Assembly (NCBI GenBank): GCA_963768025.1
Contig: CAVYGM010000042.1
Coordinates: forward strand, 142,589-206,588
Length of the DNA stretch: 64,000 nt
Source of the DNA: an uncultured Cytophagales bacterium
Lineage (GTDB): Bacteria > Bacteroidota > Bacteroidia > Cytophagales > Spirosomataceae
Direction: 5' to 3'
Part shown: positions 47,847 through 58,944 of the stretch, piece by piece
Layout of the letters: every line of letters begins with the position of its first letter
Position numbering within the stretch: the stretch's first letter is position 1
Position numbers and translations under genes: made by a program
The notes under the pieces: model-generated
Database searches by the model: none
What the model was told of the DNA's origin: nothing
The model's input: only the letters and a program-made list of their open reading frames with translations

Positions 47847-49739
47847 ATGAGCGACGCCATCAAGCATGAGTGCGGTATAGCCCTCATCCGTCTGCGTAAA
47901 CCTTATCAGCACTTTATCGATAAGTACGAAACACCTCTATACGCCGTACATAAGCTGTCGGTGATGATGCAAAAGCAAGTAAATAGAGGACAAGACGGAG
48001 CCGGAGTAGCCAATATCAAAATTGAGGTGCCCGCCGGCAAGCGTTACATTAGCCGGTACCGATCCGTGGAACCCCAACCGGTGGCGGATATTTTTCAGAA
48101 AATTCACAAAAAGTTTCGCAAAGGCCTCAAAGACCACAAAGACAGAACCTACGACGCCAAATGGCTGCAGGAAAACCTGGCTTTTACGGGCGAATTGTGG
48201 CTGGGACACCTTCGCTACGGCACCCACGGCTCCAACGAGGTGGAAAACTGCCACCCGATGCTTCGGCAGAGCAACTGGCGCAGCCGCAACCTGGTGATGG
48301 CCGGCAACTTCAACATGACCAACGTGGATGAGCTGTTTGGAAAGCTCGTATCGCTGGGCCAGCATCCCAAAGAGAAAGTGGACACCGTGACCGTTATGGA
48401 AAAAATCGGCCATTTTCTCGACGAGGAAAACCAACGCGTATTTGACCGCTTTAAGGGTATTTGGGAAAATCCCGTTCTGTCGGATATTATAGAAGAAAAC
48501 ATTGACTTACAGCGCGTCCTGGAACGCTCCTGCCGCGACTTTGACGGCGGCTACGCCATGTGCGGGCTTACGGGCCACGGGGCGGCGTTTGTGATGCGCG
48601 ACCCGGCGGGTATTCGTCCGGCCTACTACTACGCCGATGACGAGGTGGTGGTGGTAGCTTCCGAAAAGCAGGCCATCAAAGCGGCTTTTGACGTAGAGTA
48701 CAATCAGATTCAGGAAGTCACTCCCGGTAGTGCCCTCATCATCAATAAGGAAGGCGAATACCACGAGATGTCCATCCTACCCCAGCTTCCCAAGCGTTCG
48801 TGCAGCTTTGAGCGGATCTACTTTTCGCGGGGTACCGATCCCGATATTTACAACGAGCGCAAGCAATTGGGCAAGTTACTGATTCCGCAGATTCTCAAAG
48901 AGATTGACTTCGACCTCGAAAACACCATTTTCTCGTACATTCCGAATACCGCCGAAACCTCGTTTTTCGGTATGATCGAGGGCTTGGAGGAGTACCTGGC
49001 CAAGAAGCGCAAGCGCGCCATCATGGAGGGGATCCTGTTTGAAGAGGAACTGGACCGGGTGCTTTCTTTCCGTCCCCGAATCGAAAAACTCGTGACCAAG
49101 GATGTTAAGTCCCGCACCTTCATTACGGCCGACAACCTCCGCGACGACATGGTATCCAGCGTATACGACACCACATTTGAAGTGGTGCGCAAGGGCATAG
49201 ATACCGTGGTGGTCATCGACGACTCTATCGTACGGGGTACCACGCTGGAAAAAAGCATTCTGAAAATGCTGGATGGCCTGGGGCCCAAGAAAATCGTGAT
49301 TGTGTCGTCAGCTCCGCAGATCAGGTTCCCTGACTGCTACGGCATCGACATGTCCAAGATGAAAGACTTCGTGGCCTTCCGGGCCATGGTGGAGCTGCTG
49401 GAAGAAAGAGGGCTTGGTTACCTGCGCGAAGAAGTGTACACCCAATGTGTGGCCAACCTGGCTTCGCGCAACGGGTATGCCACTAATTTTGCAAAGTCGC
49501 TGTACGATCTTTTCACGGACGATGAGGTTTCCCAAAAAATTGCTGAAATCATTCGCCCGGAGGATTTGAAGGCCGATGTGTCGGTGATTTTCCAAACCGT
49601 AGATAACCTGCACAAAGCTTGTCCCAACCACACTGGCGACTGGTACTTTACCGGCAACTACCCCACGCCGGGAGGAAATAAAGTAGTAAACAAAGCCTAT
49701 GTGAATTTTCACGAAGGAAAACTGGTACGTGCCTACTAA
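47847..49739 (+). CDS. purF: Amidophosphoribosyltransferase (long Bacteroidota-type class-II glutamine amidotransferase)
   Basis: N-terminal nucleophile …HECGIALIR…, the PRTase motif VVVIDDSIVRGTT, and a length of about 630 aa. Confidence 0.85.
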   Translation: MSDAIKHECGIALIRLRKPYQHFIDKYETPLYAVHKLSVMMQKQVNRGQDGAGVANIKIEVPAGKRYISRYRSVEPQPVADIFQKIHKKFRKGLKDHKDRTYDAKWLQENLAFTGELWLGHLRYGTHGSNEVENCHPMLRQSNWRSRNLVMAGNFNMTNVDELFGKLVSLGQHPKEKVDTVTVMEKIGHFLDEENQRVFDRFKGIWENPVLSDIIEENIDLQRVLERSCRDFDGGYAMCGLTGHGAAFVMRDPAGIRPAYYYADDEVVVVASEKQAIKAAFDVEYNQIQEVTPGSALIINKEGEYHEMSILPQLPKRSCSFERIYFSRGTDPDIYNERKQLGKLLIPQILKEIDFDLENTIFSYIPNTAETSFFGMIEGLEEYLAKKRKRAIMEGILFEEELDRVLSFRPRIEKLVTKDVKSRTFITADNLRDDMVSSVYDTTFEVVRKGIDTVVVIDDSIVRGTTLEKSILKMLDGLGPKKIVIVSSAPQIRFPDCYGIDMSKMKDFVAFRAMVELLEERGLGYLREEVYTQCVANLASRNGYATNFAKSLYDLFTDDEVSQKIAEIIRPEDLKADVSVIFQTVDNLHKACPNHTGDWYFTGNYPTPGGNKVVNKAYVNFHEGKLVRAY

Positions 49740-49780
49740 TAGGTAGAGAATCAATAAACAAGAAGAGTCTTTTATAAAAT

Positions 49781-49827
49781 AAAATCCCCCCGGTTGATGC
49801 ATAATCAAATGCACCGGGGGGATTTTT
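49781..49827. terminator. Bidirectional intrinsic terminator (AAAATCCCCCCGG…CCGGGGGGATTTT) between convergent purF and the outer-membrane protein gene
   Basis: 13-bp GC-rich stem flanked by A/T runs on both sides. Confidence 0.65.
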
Positions 49828-49881
49828 AAGCATATGGCCTATACAATTGGCTCTTGCATGTGTTTAAGACGATTCCTAACT

Positions 49882-50544
49882 CTATAAAAACGTAACCCGA
49901 AACACAAAGGGGCTGGAATACGGCGAGATGTTCTGTCCGGTGAACGGATTGAGCTGGTTTTGATAGTTGAGGTTGTAGAGGAGTGTCATGTGGACTCCGC
50001 GCGTAAAACGCCCACCCAGTGACTGCGTGTAGGCTCCTCCGATCATGGGCGAGCCGATCCATTTTCGTACGTAGCGGCGATCCACGTTGTCGTAATACTG
50101 AACATTCAGGCCTTCGTACTCGGCCTGTAAGGTGACCATCGGCAAGAGCGAGTACATCAAAAACGACCGTCCTCCGTAGTAGCTACTATTGACATTAAAA
50201 CGCCGGGAATTAAACCACATGTAGGTAACCCCTACCCCACCGACGAGTTTATCGGTAAGGTTGAGCCCTACCATCGGCGACAGGTTGACGTTGGTAACCG
50301 TACCAAACCCCAGACCAAAGCTTCCGCCCAGCCGCAGACGATCCAGGATCGGAACCGGGGCGTTGGATTTGGGCTCCTCTACTACTTTTTTGTCCTCTTC
50401 GGCAGGAAGGATAATCGTGCTCTGCCGGGAGTTTTTTTTGCGAAGGCTGTCGGGTTTATAGTATTCTTCGTTTTGGGCGAGTGCAGTCGAGTACAGTCCC
50501 TGCAAAGCAAAAAACGCAAATAGGATAGAAATACGGATTTTCAT
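49882..50544 (-). CDS. Outer-membrane beta-barrel protein (porin-family, OmpA-N-like)
   Basis: Signal peptide, alternating amphipathic strands, and a C-terminal …FVFRVTFL ending in an aromatic residue. Confidence 0.55.
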   Translation of the reverse strand: MKIRISILFAFFALQGLYSTALAQNEEYYKPDSLRKKNSRQSTIILPAEEDKKVVEEPKSNAPVPILDRLRLGGSFGLGFGTVTNVNLSPMVGLNLTDKLVGGVGVTYMWFNSRRFNVNSSYYGGRSFLMYSLLPMVTLQAEYEGLNVQYYDNVDRRYVRKWIGSPMIGGAYTQSLGGRFTRGVHMTLLYNLNYQNQLNPFTGQNISPYSSPFVFRVTFL

Positions 50545-50623
50545 ATCAAAACGATTATTATTTTTACTGATCAGTAGTAACGATGCGTACTAGCCCTTTA
50601 TTCTGAACATTACCCCACTCTCC

Positions 50624-52096
50624 ATGCATTATCGTATAGCAGTCCCTGAGCCCGACACCCACTTTATAGAGATTACGTATACCTTCCCCACGAACGGTGA
50701 TCAACCCATTGAACTCCAATTACCCGCCTGGCGTCCGGGACGTTATGAAATTCAGAATTTTGCCAAAAATATTCAAAAATTAGAAGTCCGGGGGGAATCG
50801 GGAGCCAGTATCCCTGTTCGTAAAGTTACCAAAGATCGGTGGCAGATTGCGGGGAATGACGAAAAAAGCCTTTCGGTCAGCTATAATTTTTACGCGACCA
50901 TCCAGAACGCCGGCAGTAGCTACGTGGACGAAGAGCTCTGGTACCTAAACTTTATCAATTTCGCGCTCTACGCGGAGGGGGCGCTCAACAACCCCTGCCT
51001 GGTGGAACTTGCCCTGCCCGACACGTTTCGGATTGCGTGCGGCATGAAAGCCACCGAAAATCCCAAAACCCTGCAAGCGGCTGACTATTACGAGCTGGTG
51101 GATAGCCCCTTGTTGGCCTCAGCCACCCTGCACCACGAAACCTACGAAGAAGAGGGCGTGCTCTTTCATGTGTGGATGCACGGAAACCTGCATCCCAACT
51201 GGAAGAGGATCCGGACCGATTTTGCCCGCTTTTCGCGCGAGCAGATCGCCACCATGCATGAGTTTCCCGAAGCGGAGTTTCATTTTATTAACCTCATTTT
51301 GCCCACTGCTTTTTACCACGGGGTGGAGCATCGAACCTCTACCATGATTGTGCTGGGGCCCGACGACGAGGGGGAAGGCCTCTACACCGATCTGCTGGGC
51401 GTGAGTTCACACGAATTGTTTCATGCCTGGAACATCATCAGGATCAGGCCGACGGAGTTGCTTCCGTACGATTTTACCAAAGAGAACTATTTTACTACCT
51501 GTTTTGTGGCCGAAGGCTGCACTACCTACTATGGGGATCTGTTTCTGAGGCGGGCAGGGGTATTTGACGACGCCCTGTACGTGAAAGAATTGCAGGTATA
51601 CATGAAGCGACACTTTGAAGGCAGCGGCCGGGCCACGCAGTCGCTGTTGGAGTCTTCCTGGGATTTGTGGCTCGATGGCTACGAAAAGGGCATTCCACAG
51701 CGGAAGGTATCGGTGTACCATAAGGGAGCGCTGGTGGCGCTGATTCTGGACTTGTACCTGCGTAGGAAATCCGATCACGCCCGCTCGCTCGATGATGTCA
51801 TGCGTCGGATGTGGCAGGAGTTTGGCAAGCCCTATATTGGTTATACCTACGACGATTACAAGCGGATAGTAGAAGAAATAGCCGGAGACAAGCTGGACTG
51901 GTACTGGGCCGAGTGCATCGAGAGCGCTACGCCCCTGGAAGCCCGCCTGAACGAAATGCTGGCGTTTGTGGGCCTCCAAATGACGACCTTCAGCAACGGG
52001 AATGTGCAACTGAACGTGCTGGACGACGCCCGTGCTACCCGCCAGTGGGACCGTTGGCTGGCTCCGGTGCAAGTGCTCTCCGAAGAGCAAAACTGA
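50624..52096 (+). CDS. M61-family (glycyl aminopeptidase-like) metallopeptidase
   Basis: HExxH within …GVSSHELFHAWN… plus the downstream E, and M61 N-domain similarity. Confidence 0.7.
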   Translation: MHYRIAVPEPDTHFIEITYTFPTNGDQPIELQLPAWRPGRYEIQNFAKNIQKLEVRGESGASIPVRKVTKDRWQIAGNDEKSLSVSYNFYATIQNAGSSYVDEELWYLNFINFALYAEGALNNPCLVELALPDTFRIACGMKATENPKTLQAADYYELVDSPLLASATLHHETYEEEGVLFHVWMHGNLHPNWKRIRTDFARFSREQIATMHEFPEAEFHFINLILPTAFYHGVEHRTSTMIVLGPDDEGEGLYTDLLGVSSHELFHAWNIIRIRPTELLPYDFTKENYFTTCFVAEGCTTYYGDLFLRRAGVFDDALYVKELQVYMKRHFEGSGRATQSLLESSWDLWLDGYEKGIPQRKVSVYHKGALVALILDLYLRRKSDHARSLDDVMRRMWQEFGKPYIGYTYDDYKRIVEEIAGDKLDWYWAECIESATPLEARLNEMLAFVGLQMTTFSNGNVQLNVLDDARATRQWDRWLAPVQVLSEEQN

Positions 52097-52201
52097 GGAA
52101 CAATACCCGCGGATGAAGAAAGGATTTTTGTAAAAAAATGCCTGACTACCAAACCTCCCCCTTCGTCAGGGCGTTACCTGTATTCATCAAAAACTGAATA
52201 C

Positions 52202-52996
52202 ATGAACGAATCACTTGAAACCATCAGGCAGCGGATTGAACCCCTCCGGCAGCAGATCATAAACCATAAAGTATACTCCGTCATTAGAGATGTAGAGGAT
52301 CTGCGGCTATTCATGGAACACCACGTGTACGCCGTATGGGACTTCATGTCGCTGCTGAAAGCTTTACAAAACAACCTGACGTGCACGTCGGTCCCCTGGT
52401 TTCCCAAGGGCTCAGCCGATACCCGCTACCTGATCAATGAAATAGTAATTGGCGAAGAATCCGATGTTGATGAACGGGGGAACCGGACGAGTCATTTTGA
52501 GCTGTACCTGGATGCCATGCGGCAATGCGGGGCCAATACAGAACCCATTGAAAAATTCATCAACGCCCTACAACACAGCGGAGACTTGCCGCACGCTCTG
52601 AACGTTTCCGACGCGCCAAAGGCCGCATCCGATTTTGTGGCGTATACCTTTGACGTGATCGGGAGTGGAAAAGAATATTTACAGGCCGCTATTTTTACCT
52701 TTGGCCGCGAAGATCTCATCCCAGGCATGTTTATTTCGATTGTGAATGACATGCACCAGGCCTTTCCCGATAGCATCACGACTTTTAAATACTACCTCGA
52801 ACGGCATATTGAGGTAGATGGCGATCACCACAGCCAATTGGCGCTGCAAATGACCGCTACCCTATGTGGCGAAAACACCCACTACTGGCAGGAAGCCGAA
52901 GTAGCCGTGGTTCAGTGCCTCCAAAAGCGCCTTGCGCTGTGGGATGGTATCTATCAGGAAATTGCCCGCCGCAAAGAGCTGGAAATAGTATTCTAA
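52202..52996 (+). CDS. Hypothetical protein, possibly DUF3050 (heme-oxygenase-like fold)
   Basis: 264-aa helical protein (…[17 protein letters not shown]…). The family assignment is tentative. Confidence 0.35.
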   Translation: MNESLETIRQRIEPLRQQIINHKVYSVIRDVEDLRLFMEHHVYAVWDFMSLLKALQNNLTCTSVPWFPKGSADTRYLINEIVIGEESDVDERGNRTSHFELYLDAMRQCGANTEPIEKFINALQHSGDLPHALNVSDAPKAASDFVAYTFDVIGSGKEYLQAAIFTFGREDLIPGMFISIVNDMHQAFPDSITTFKYYLERHIEVDGDHHSQLALQMTATLCGENTHYWQEAEVAVVQCLQKRLALWDGIYQEIARRKELEIVF

Positions 52997-53032
52997 ATAC
53001 GAATGGCGGGCTCAGAAAGCCCGCCATTCGTA

Positions 53033-53674
53033 TCATAAACTATTAGCAACAAAAGGTGCCTTGCGGATATAAGCTCCCGCCGAAAGCTCCTGCACCAGAA
53101 AACGAGCGAGGGAAGCGGCACTTATTTCTTTGCTGGGGCAGTCGTGCAGGCTCACCTTGCTCGCTGGCAGGTCGTCGGTTAGCAGAATCATGGGGAGCCT
53201 CACGAGCGTCCAATCTACGGTGCTTTGCGCCAGGAGCTGATATTCCACTTGCTTGTCGGCAGTGGTAAAGGGGTAGTGTTCCTGCATCCAGGTGGTAGCG
53301 GCCACTACCCAGGGGCTTGCGCAATCTTCGGGGGTAGCCACATGAAGCCCCGTAAGCTGAATGTACCGCCGCACCTTTTCTTCTTCCATGACTCGCAGCA
53401 CGTGGGTAGTGGCTTCACTAAAAATGGTTGGCTCGCCTACCGGCTGCCCCAGGGTACTTATAACCGCTCCGCATCCCTCAACTAGTTTCTTTATGGTGGT
53501 ATAGGAACGGGCGTCACCGGCCACCACCTCCACGGAGTCCGGTACATAGGGGTACTTTTCAGGATTTCTCAGGAGTAATCGGATGGAATAGCCTTGATTG
53601 AGCAATTCTTTGACGAGGTATCGTCCGGCCTTGCCGGTACCGCCGATGACGGCAATTTTTGGGTGTTTTCTCAT
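53033..53674 (-). CDS. NAD(P)H-binding (NmrA/atypical SDR-like) oxidoreductase
   Basis: N-terminal Rossmann motif …IAVIGGTGKAGRYLV…. Confidence 0.75.
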   Translation of the reverse strand: MRKHPKIAVIGGTGKAGRYLVKELLNQGYSIRLLLRNPEKYPYVPDSVEVVAGDARSYTTIKKLVEGCGAVISTLGQPVGEPTIFSEATTHVLRVMEEEKVRRYIQLTGLHVATPEDCASPWVVAATTWMQEHYPFTTADKQVEYQLLAQSTVDWTLVRLPMILLTDDLPASKVSLHDCPSKEISAASLARFLVQELSAGAYIRKAPFVANSL

Positions 53675-53989
53675 TTTTTCTTTTTGTAAATAGGCAGGAA
53701 ATAAAAATCTGGTACGGTTTTGTTCCTAAAAACAAAGCCGAGCATTCGCGGCATACCGAAGCGACTGCCGGGATGAAAGGGGCGCTATTTACAATGAGAA
53801 TCGAATCTGGCAAAGATAAGCGCTGGTCGTGAGAGTTACCGACAATTTTGTGGATAATAGCCCGTTATTCCCGTTTTTTTAGTATCTTGTTGATTCGGAT
53901 TTCTTCCAAGTTTTCCTTTCCACCTCTATTTTCTGCGGAGTTGGCACAGCTTTTTCGCAGGATTTAAAACAAAATTTCTCTCTCAAATT

Positions 53990-56900
53990 ATGATCCCAAA
54001 AAACACTGCACTGGACGATAACCTGCACTGGTATAAGGATGCTGTTATCTACGAACTACACATAAAAGCTTTCCGGGATGGCAATGGCGATGGCATTGGC
54101 GATTTCCAGGGCATCATGGAACGGCTCGATTACCTGGAAGACCTGGGTGTGACGGCCATTTGGCTGCTTCCTTTTTATCCGTCGCCACTCCGCGACGACG
54201 GCTACGACATCGCCGACTACTACACCATCAATCCCTCCTACGGCGATATTGACCAGTTGAAGGCTTTTATGGACGAAGCCCACAAGCGGAATCTGAAGGT
54301 CATCATTGAACTGGTTATTAACCATACCTCCGACCAGCACCCCTGGTTTCAGCGGGCCCGGCGAGCACCGAAGGGCTCGCCCGAGCGGGAGTTTTACGTC
54401 TGGACGGACGACTCCACGCAGTATAAAGATGTTCGGATTATTTTTCAGGATTTCGAAACCTCCAACTGGACCTGGGACCCCGTGGCACAGCAGTACTACT
54501 GGCACCGGTTTTTCCACCATCAGCCCGATCTGAATTATGACAGTCCGCTCGTACAGGAAGAAATTTTTACTATTCTGGAATTTTGGTGCGACATGGGGGT
54601 AGACGGCTTCCGGCTCGATGCCGTGCCGTACCTGTTTGAGCGCGAGGGCACCAACGGAGAAAACTTACCCGAAACCCACGCCTTTCTCAAAAAAATAAGG
54701 AAGAGAGTCGACGATAAGTACCCTGGTACCGTGCTCCTCGCCGAGGCTAACATGTGGCCCGAAGATTCGGCCTCGTATTTTGGCAACGGCGACGAGTGCC
54801 ACATGAACTACCACTTCCCGGTCATGCCTCGCATGTTCATGGCTTTGCAAATGGAAGACCGGTACCCTATCACCGATATATTTGACCAAACGCCCGACAT
54901 CCCCGACACCTGCCAGTGGGCTATGTTCCTCAGAAATCATGACGAGCTGACCCTCGAAATGGTGACCGATGAAGAGCGAGACTACATGTACAAGGCCTAC
55001 GCCAAAGATCCAAAGGCGCGCATCAACCTGGGGATCCGCCACCGGCTGGCTCCGCTCATGGACAACAACCGCCGGAAGATCGAGCTGATGAATTGTCTGC
55101 TGTTTTCGCTCAACGGCACGCCGGTGATCTACTACGGCGACGAGATTGGCATGGGCGATAATTTTTACCTCGGCGACCGCGACGGTGTGCGTACCCCCAT
55201 GCAGTGGTCGCCCGACCGCAACGCCGGGTTTTCGGAAACCAACCCGCAGCGGCTGTACCTGCCCGTGATCCTGGACCCTGAGTACCATTACGAGTCGGTG
55301 AACGTCGAAACCCAGCGCCGCAATACGTCGTCGTTGCTGTGGTTTATGAAGCGGATGATCACCATGCGCAAGAAATACAAGGCATTCAGCCGGGGCGACA
55401 TGCGGTTTATTCCCGTAAGCAATCCTAAAATCCTGGCCTTTACCCGTAGCTATGAGGACGAGACGATTCTGGTGTTAGTGAATTTGTCGCGCTATACCCA
55501 ACCCGCCGAGTTGGATCTGGACGAGTACAAAGGCTACATGCCCGTGGATGTTTTCAGCAAAAACCGCTTTCCGGCCATCCGGGAGGACAGCCCCTATTTC
55601 TTTACTCTGGGCTCGCACGGCTACCAATGGTTCGTGCTGGAAAAAGCACACCCCGAGGTAAGCGACGGCTATAACCTGCCTTCGTTTAGCCTCACAAGCT
55701 GGGAGGCTATCGGAAGCAAAAGTTCGATCAAAACTCTGGAAAATCGAATTTTGAATAAGTACCTCGCCAGCGTAAGTTGGTTTATCGGCAAGGACCGCAC
55801 GGTGGTGAGCATGGAGGTGATGGAACACACAGAGGTGGATTTGGGCGACAGAAAAGCCCTGATGCTGCTGCTGGAAGTTCAGTACGAAAGCGGCCTGCCC
55901 GAACATTACCAGCTTCCACTGGCCTTTGTAAAAGAAGAAACTTCCCGGAAAATTTCTGAAAATTGCCCTCCCGCTGTTATCGCCAGTTTGAAAATTGGAG
56001 AGGACGAAGGCCTGCTGGTTGACGCCTACTATACCGTTGAGTTCCACCGAATGATGCTGGGGGGCCTACGAAAAAATGCCACAGTGAAGGTAGCCGGCGG
56101 TAGCCTGGCTTTTCATACGCACAAGGCAAAAGACCTGCCTACGCCCGAGGAGATGAAAACCAGAATGCACGCCAACGGGCACGAAACGATCATTACCTAT
56201 GACAACAGCTACGCGCTCAAGCTATACCGGAGAGTAGAGAAAACGACGAATCCGGATACCGAAATAACCCGAATGCTAACCGAGAAGGCTCATTTTGCGC
56301 AGATGCTCCCCTATACCGGTACTGTGGAATGGAAAATCGGCAAGGAGGTATATACGCTGGGACTCTTGCAGAAAACCGTGGAAAGCCATGGCGAAGGATG
56401 GAGCTTCATGATGGAACGCATGAACAATTACTACGAGCGGATTCTGGCGCTGGAAGCGGATAAGCGCCCGGCGTACACGTCCCGAGGCGACATTTTCACT
56501 CCTATCGCTTACGAGGCTATTCCCGCTGACTATAAGGATTTGCTGGGAGGGCCCATTGTGGAAGCGGTACGCCTGCTCGGCGTTCGTACCGGTGAGTTGC
56601 ATACGGCTTTGGCTGCCGGAGGAGGTGCGGAGTTTGCGCCGGAGGGCTTTTCGCTGCACTACCAGCGGTCGCTCTACTCGGGACTACAGTCGCTGGTACG
56701 CGCCACCTACCAAAACCAAGCGCAGAATCTGAAAGAATTACCCGAGGGGGTTCGGAAAGAGGTGAAGGACATTCTGGCCCGCAAAACTGAGGTCCTTACA
56801 CTGCTCAAACGGATTTATGCCAAGAAAATGGATGTGGTCAAAATCCGGATTCATGGCAATTACGACCTAAATCACGTATTGTTTACGGGAAAAGACCTGG

Positions 56901-57316
56901 CCATCTGTGATTTTGGCGGGAACCCCACACGGAGTTTCAGCGAGCGCCGACTCAAACGCTCTCCCCTGCGCGACGTGGCGGGTATGATCCATTCGTTCAA
57001 TTATGCTGCCTACGCGGGGCTGCTGCTCAACAACCAGATTCGGAACGAGGATATTTCCAAACTGACGCCCTTTGCCGAAATGTGGATTCAGTACGTGTCC
57101 GGACTATTTATGCAGTCGTATCTTGATACGGTCAAAGGCAGCGCTTTTATTCCCGACAACGAACAGGATCTGAGTGTTTTGCTGCAAACCTATCTGTTGG
57201 AAAAAGCTATTTTTGACCTAAACCACGAGCTAGACGAACGCCCCGATTGGGTGGTGGTGCCGCTCCAGATCATTAAGTCCATGCTTTCTGAAACACCCGT
57301 GGAAGCGGAGCAATAG
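53990..57316 (+). CDS. treS: Trehalose synthase (GH13 maltose alpha-D-glucosyltransferase) fused to a C-terminal maltokinase (Pep2/Mak) domain
   Basis: GH13 catalytic blocks (…GFRLDAV…, …LLAEA…, …FLRNHDE…) in the first roughly 550 aa, and a kinase-like C-terminal half of about 450 aa. Confidence 0.85.
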   Translation: MIPKNTALDDNLHWYKDAVIYELHIKAFRDGNGDGIGDFQGIMERLDYLEDLGVTAIWLLPFYPSPLRDDGYDIADYYTINPSYGDIDQLKAFMDEAHKRNLKVIIELVINHTSDQHPWFQRARRAPKGSPEREFYVWTDDSTQYKDVRIIFQDFETSNWTWDPVAQQYYWHRFFHHQPDLNYDSPLVQEEIFTILEFWCDMGVDGFRLDAVPYLFEREGTNGENLPETHAFLKKIRKRVDDKYPGTVLLAEANMWPEDSASYFGNGDECHMNYHFPVMPRMFMALQMEDRYPITDIFDQTPDIPDTCQWAMFLRNHDELTLEMVTDEERDYMYKAYAKDPKARINLGIRHRLAPLMDNNRRKIELMNCLLFSLNGTPVIYYGDEIGMGDNFYLGDRDGVRTPMQWSPDRNAGFSETNPQRLYLPVILDPEYHYESVNVETQRRNTSSLLWFMKRMITMRKKYKAFSRGDMRFIPVSNPKILAFTRSYEDETILVLVNLSRYTQPAELDLDEYKGYMPVDVFSKNRFPAIREDSPYFFTLGSHGYQWFVLEKAHPEVSDGYNLPSFSLTSWEAIGSKSSIKTLENRILNKYLASVSWFIGKDRTVVSMEVMEHTEVDLGDRKALMLLLEVQYESGLPEHYQLPLAFVKEETSRKISENCPPAVIASLKIGEDEGLLVDAYYTVEFHRMMLGGLRKNATVKVAGGSLAFHTHKAKDLPTPEEMKTRMHANGHETIITYDNSYALKLYRRVEKTTNPDTEITRMLTEKAHFAQMLPYTGTVEWKIGKEVYTLGLLQKTVESHGEGWSFMMERMNNYYERILALEADKRPAYTSRGDIFTPIAYEAIPADYKDLLGGPIVEAVRLLGVRTGELHTALAAGGGAEFAPEGFSLHYQRSLYSGLQSLVRATYQNQAQNLKELPEGVRKEVKDILARKTEVLTLLKRIYAKKMDVVKIRIHGNYDLNHVLFTGKDLAICDFGGNPTRSFSERRLKRSPLRDVAGMIHSFNYAAYAGLLLNNQIRNEDISKLTPFAEMWIQYVSGLFMQSYLDTVKGSAFIPDNEQDLSVLLQTYLLEKAIFDLNHELDERPDWVVVPLQIIKSMLSETPVEAEQ

Positions 57317-57336
57317 CCGGTAGTGTATCCCAGAAG

Positions 57337-57380
57337 AAAGACCAGAGCCGCGGTAAACCGAAGCTCTGGTCTTTCGTTTT
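57337..57380 (+). terminator. Intrinsic terminator after treS (AAAGACCAGAGC…GCTCTGGTCTTT then TTTCGTTTTT)
   Basis: 12-bp stem, 14-nt loop, T-rich tail. Confidence 0.6.
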
Positions 57381-57396
57381 TGGTCGGACATCAGCC

Positions 57397-58842
57397 CTAT
57401 TCCTGTCCAAGCTCCAACTTCTTTCCGTTGATGGTTACATTGGTTGCCTGAATACCCTTCGCGTTTTTGAACGTATAGGGAGTTTTTACACCCTTGATTG
57501 TCACGTTGATGAGGCGGATATTCTGCACGGGCGATTCCGGGTAGCCTTCCAGCAGAATGCCCGTTTTGCCGCCTTGCTCCACGGTCATGTTGCGTACCTC
57601 TATATTCCGGATGGTGGGCATATGCGTACCTGTATCTTCGTAGACCATGGTGGCGATGATGGTTTGCTCCTTCACCTGCCCCACTTCTATATCTTTCAGG
57701 TACACATTCTCTACCACGCCGCCCCTGGCCGTGTTGGTCTTGATGCGCAGGGCGCGTTCCAGCTCGGGGCTGCTCATTTTACAGTCGTGGGCAAACACAT
57801 TTCTGACGCCGCCCGAAATCTCACTACCCAGCACTACCCCGCCGTGGCCGTTGGCCATGGTGCAGTTGCGGATAATGATGTTTTCGCTCGGTACATTGAT
57901 ACGCCGCCCGTCGGCGTTACGGCCCGACTTGATGGCAATGCAGTCGTCGCCGGTATTAAAATAGCAATTCTCGATCAGTACATTCTTGCAGGATTCAGGG
58001 TCGCAGCCGTCGTTGTTGGGGCCATTGCTGGTCAGGGTTACTTTATTGATCGTGACGTTGGTACATAGCACTGGGTTCAGTAGCCACATCGGCGAGTTGA
58101 TGAGAGTAACGCCTTCGATCAGCACATTTTCGCAGCGATATGGCTGCACAAATTGCGGCCGCAGATAGGAGCCGTTGCCAAATTTCCGGTCCTGAACGGG
58201 TACCCCCTTCTCGGCCATGTCGAACAGGGCCGCGCGCTTGTCCTTGTCCAGCTGGCTCGGTGTACCGGCCTTAAAGCCGTAGTGGGGCTGTCCCTTCCAG
58301 GGCCACCAGTTGGTTTCATTGGCCTGCCCGTCCAGGGTACCTTCGCCGGTGATGGCGATGTTTTTTTGTTCAAAAGCGTAGATCAACGGCGAATAGCCCA
58401 TCAGTTCCACCCCCTCCCAGCGGGTATAGACCATCGGCAGGTAGTCGTCGGGGCGGGTGGAGAAGGCAAGGATAGCCCCCTTGCTCACGTGCAGGTTGAC
58501 GTTGCTTTTCAGGTGAATGGCTCCCGTCAAAAATTTTCCCTCGGGTACCACCACCCGGCCGCCGCCTTCCTGGTTACAGGCTTCAATGGCCTTGCGAATG
58601 GCTTCGGTGCAGTCGGTTTTTCCGTCGGCTACGGCTCCGTAGCTGGTGATGGGGTAGTCTTTGTTCCGAAAAACGGGACGTTTTATTTGTTTTAAAATGG
58701 CGGGTACCTGGCTCCACGGGTCGCTTTTATCAGCTATTGTACTACCTGAATTTGTATTAGTTGAAGTCATGCTGCACGAGGCAAGGCTCAATGCAGCGAT
58801 CAGGATGAGAATCTGAGGAAGGTACTTTGGAAGCTTCACCAT
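57397..58842 (-). CDS. Glycoside hydrolase family 28 (polygalacturonase-like) lipoprotein
   Basis: Lipobox …LASCS. GH28 catalytic blocks NTGDDCIAIKSG, GHGGVVLGSE and RIK. Parallel beta-helix repeats. Confidence 0.85.
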   Translation of the reverse strand: MVKLPKYLPQILILIAALSLASCSMTSTNTNSGSTIADKSDPWSQVPAILKQIKRPVFRNKDYPITSYGAVADGKTDCTEAIRKAIEACNQEGGGRVVVPEGKFLTGAIHLKSNVNLHVSKGAILAFSTRPDDYLPMVYTRWEGVELMGYSPLIYAFEQKNIAITGEGTLDGQANETNWWPWKGQPHYGFKAGTPSQLDKDKRAALFDMAEKGVPVQDRKFGNGSYLRPQFVQPYRCENVLIEGVTLINSPMWLLNPVLCTNVTINKVTLTSNGPNNDGCDPESCKNVLIENCYFNTGDDCIAIKSGRNADGRRINVPSENIIIRNCTMANGHGGVVLGSEISGGVRNVFAHDCKMSSPELERALRIKTNTARGGVVENVYLKDIEVGQVKEQTIIATMVYEDTGTHMPTIRNIEVRNMTVEQGGKTGILLEGYPESPVQNIRLINVTIKGVKTPYTFKNAKGIQATNVTINGKKLELGQE

Positions 58843-58944
58843 GGGGCTTTGTATGGGGTAGTTGTTTCGTTCGCTACCCTGTATGACTGTAAAAAAGGCG
58901 CATTACCCGTAGCAGACGTCGAAATCTCCGGGCACAGCGTGTAA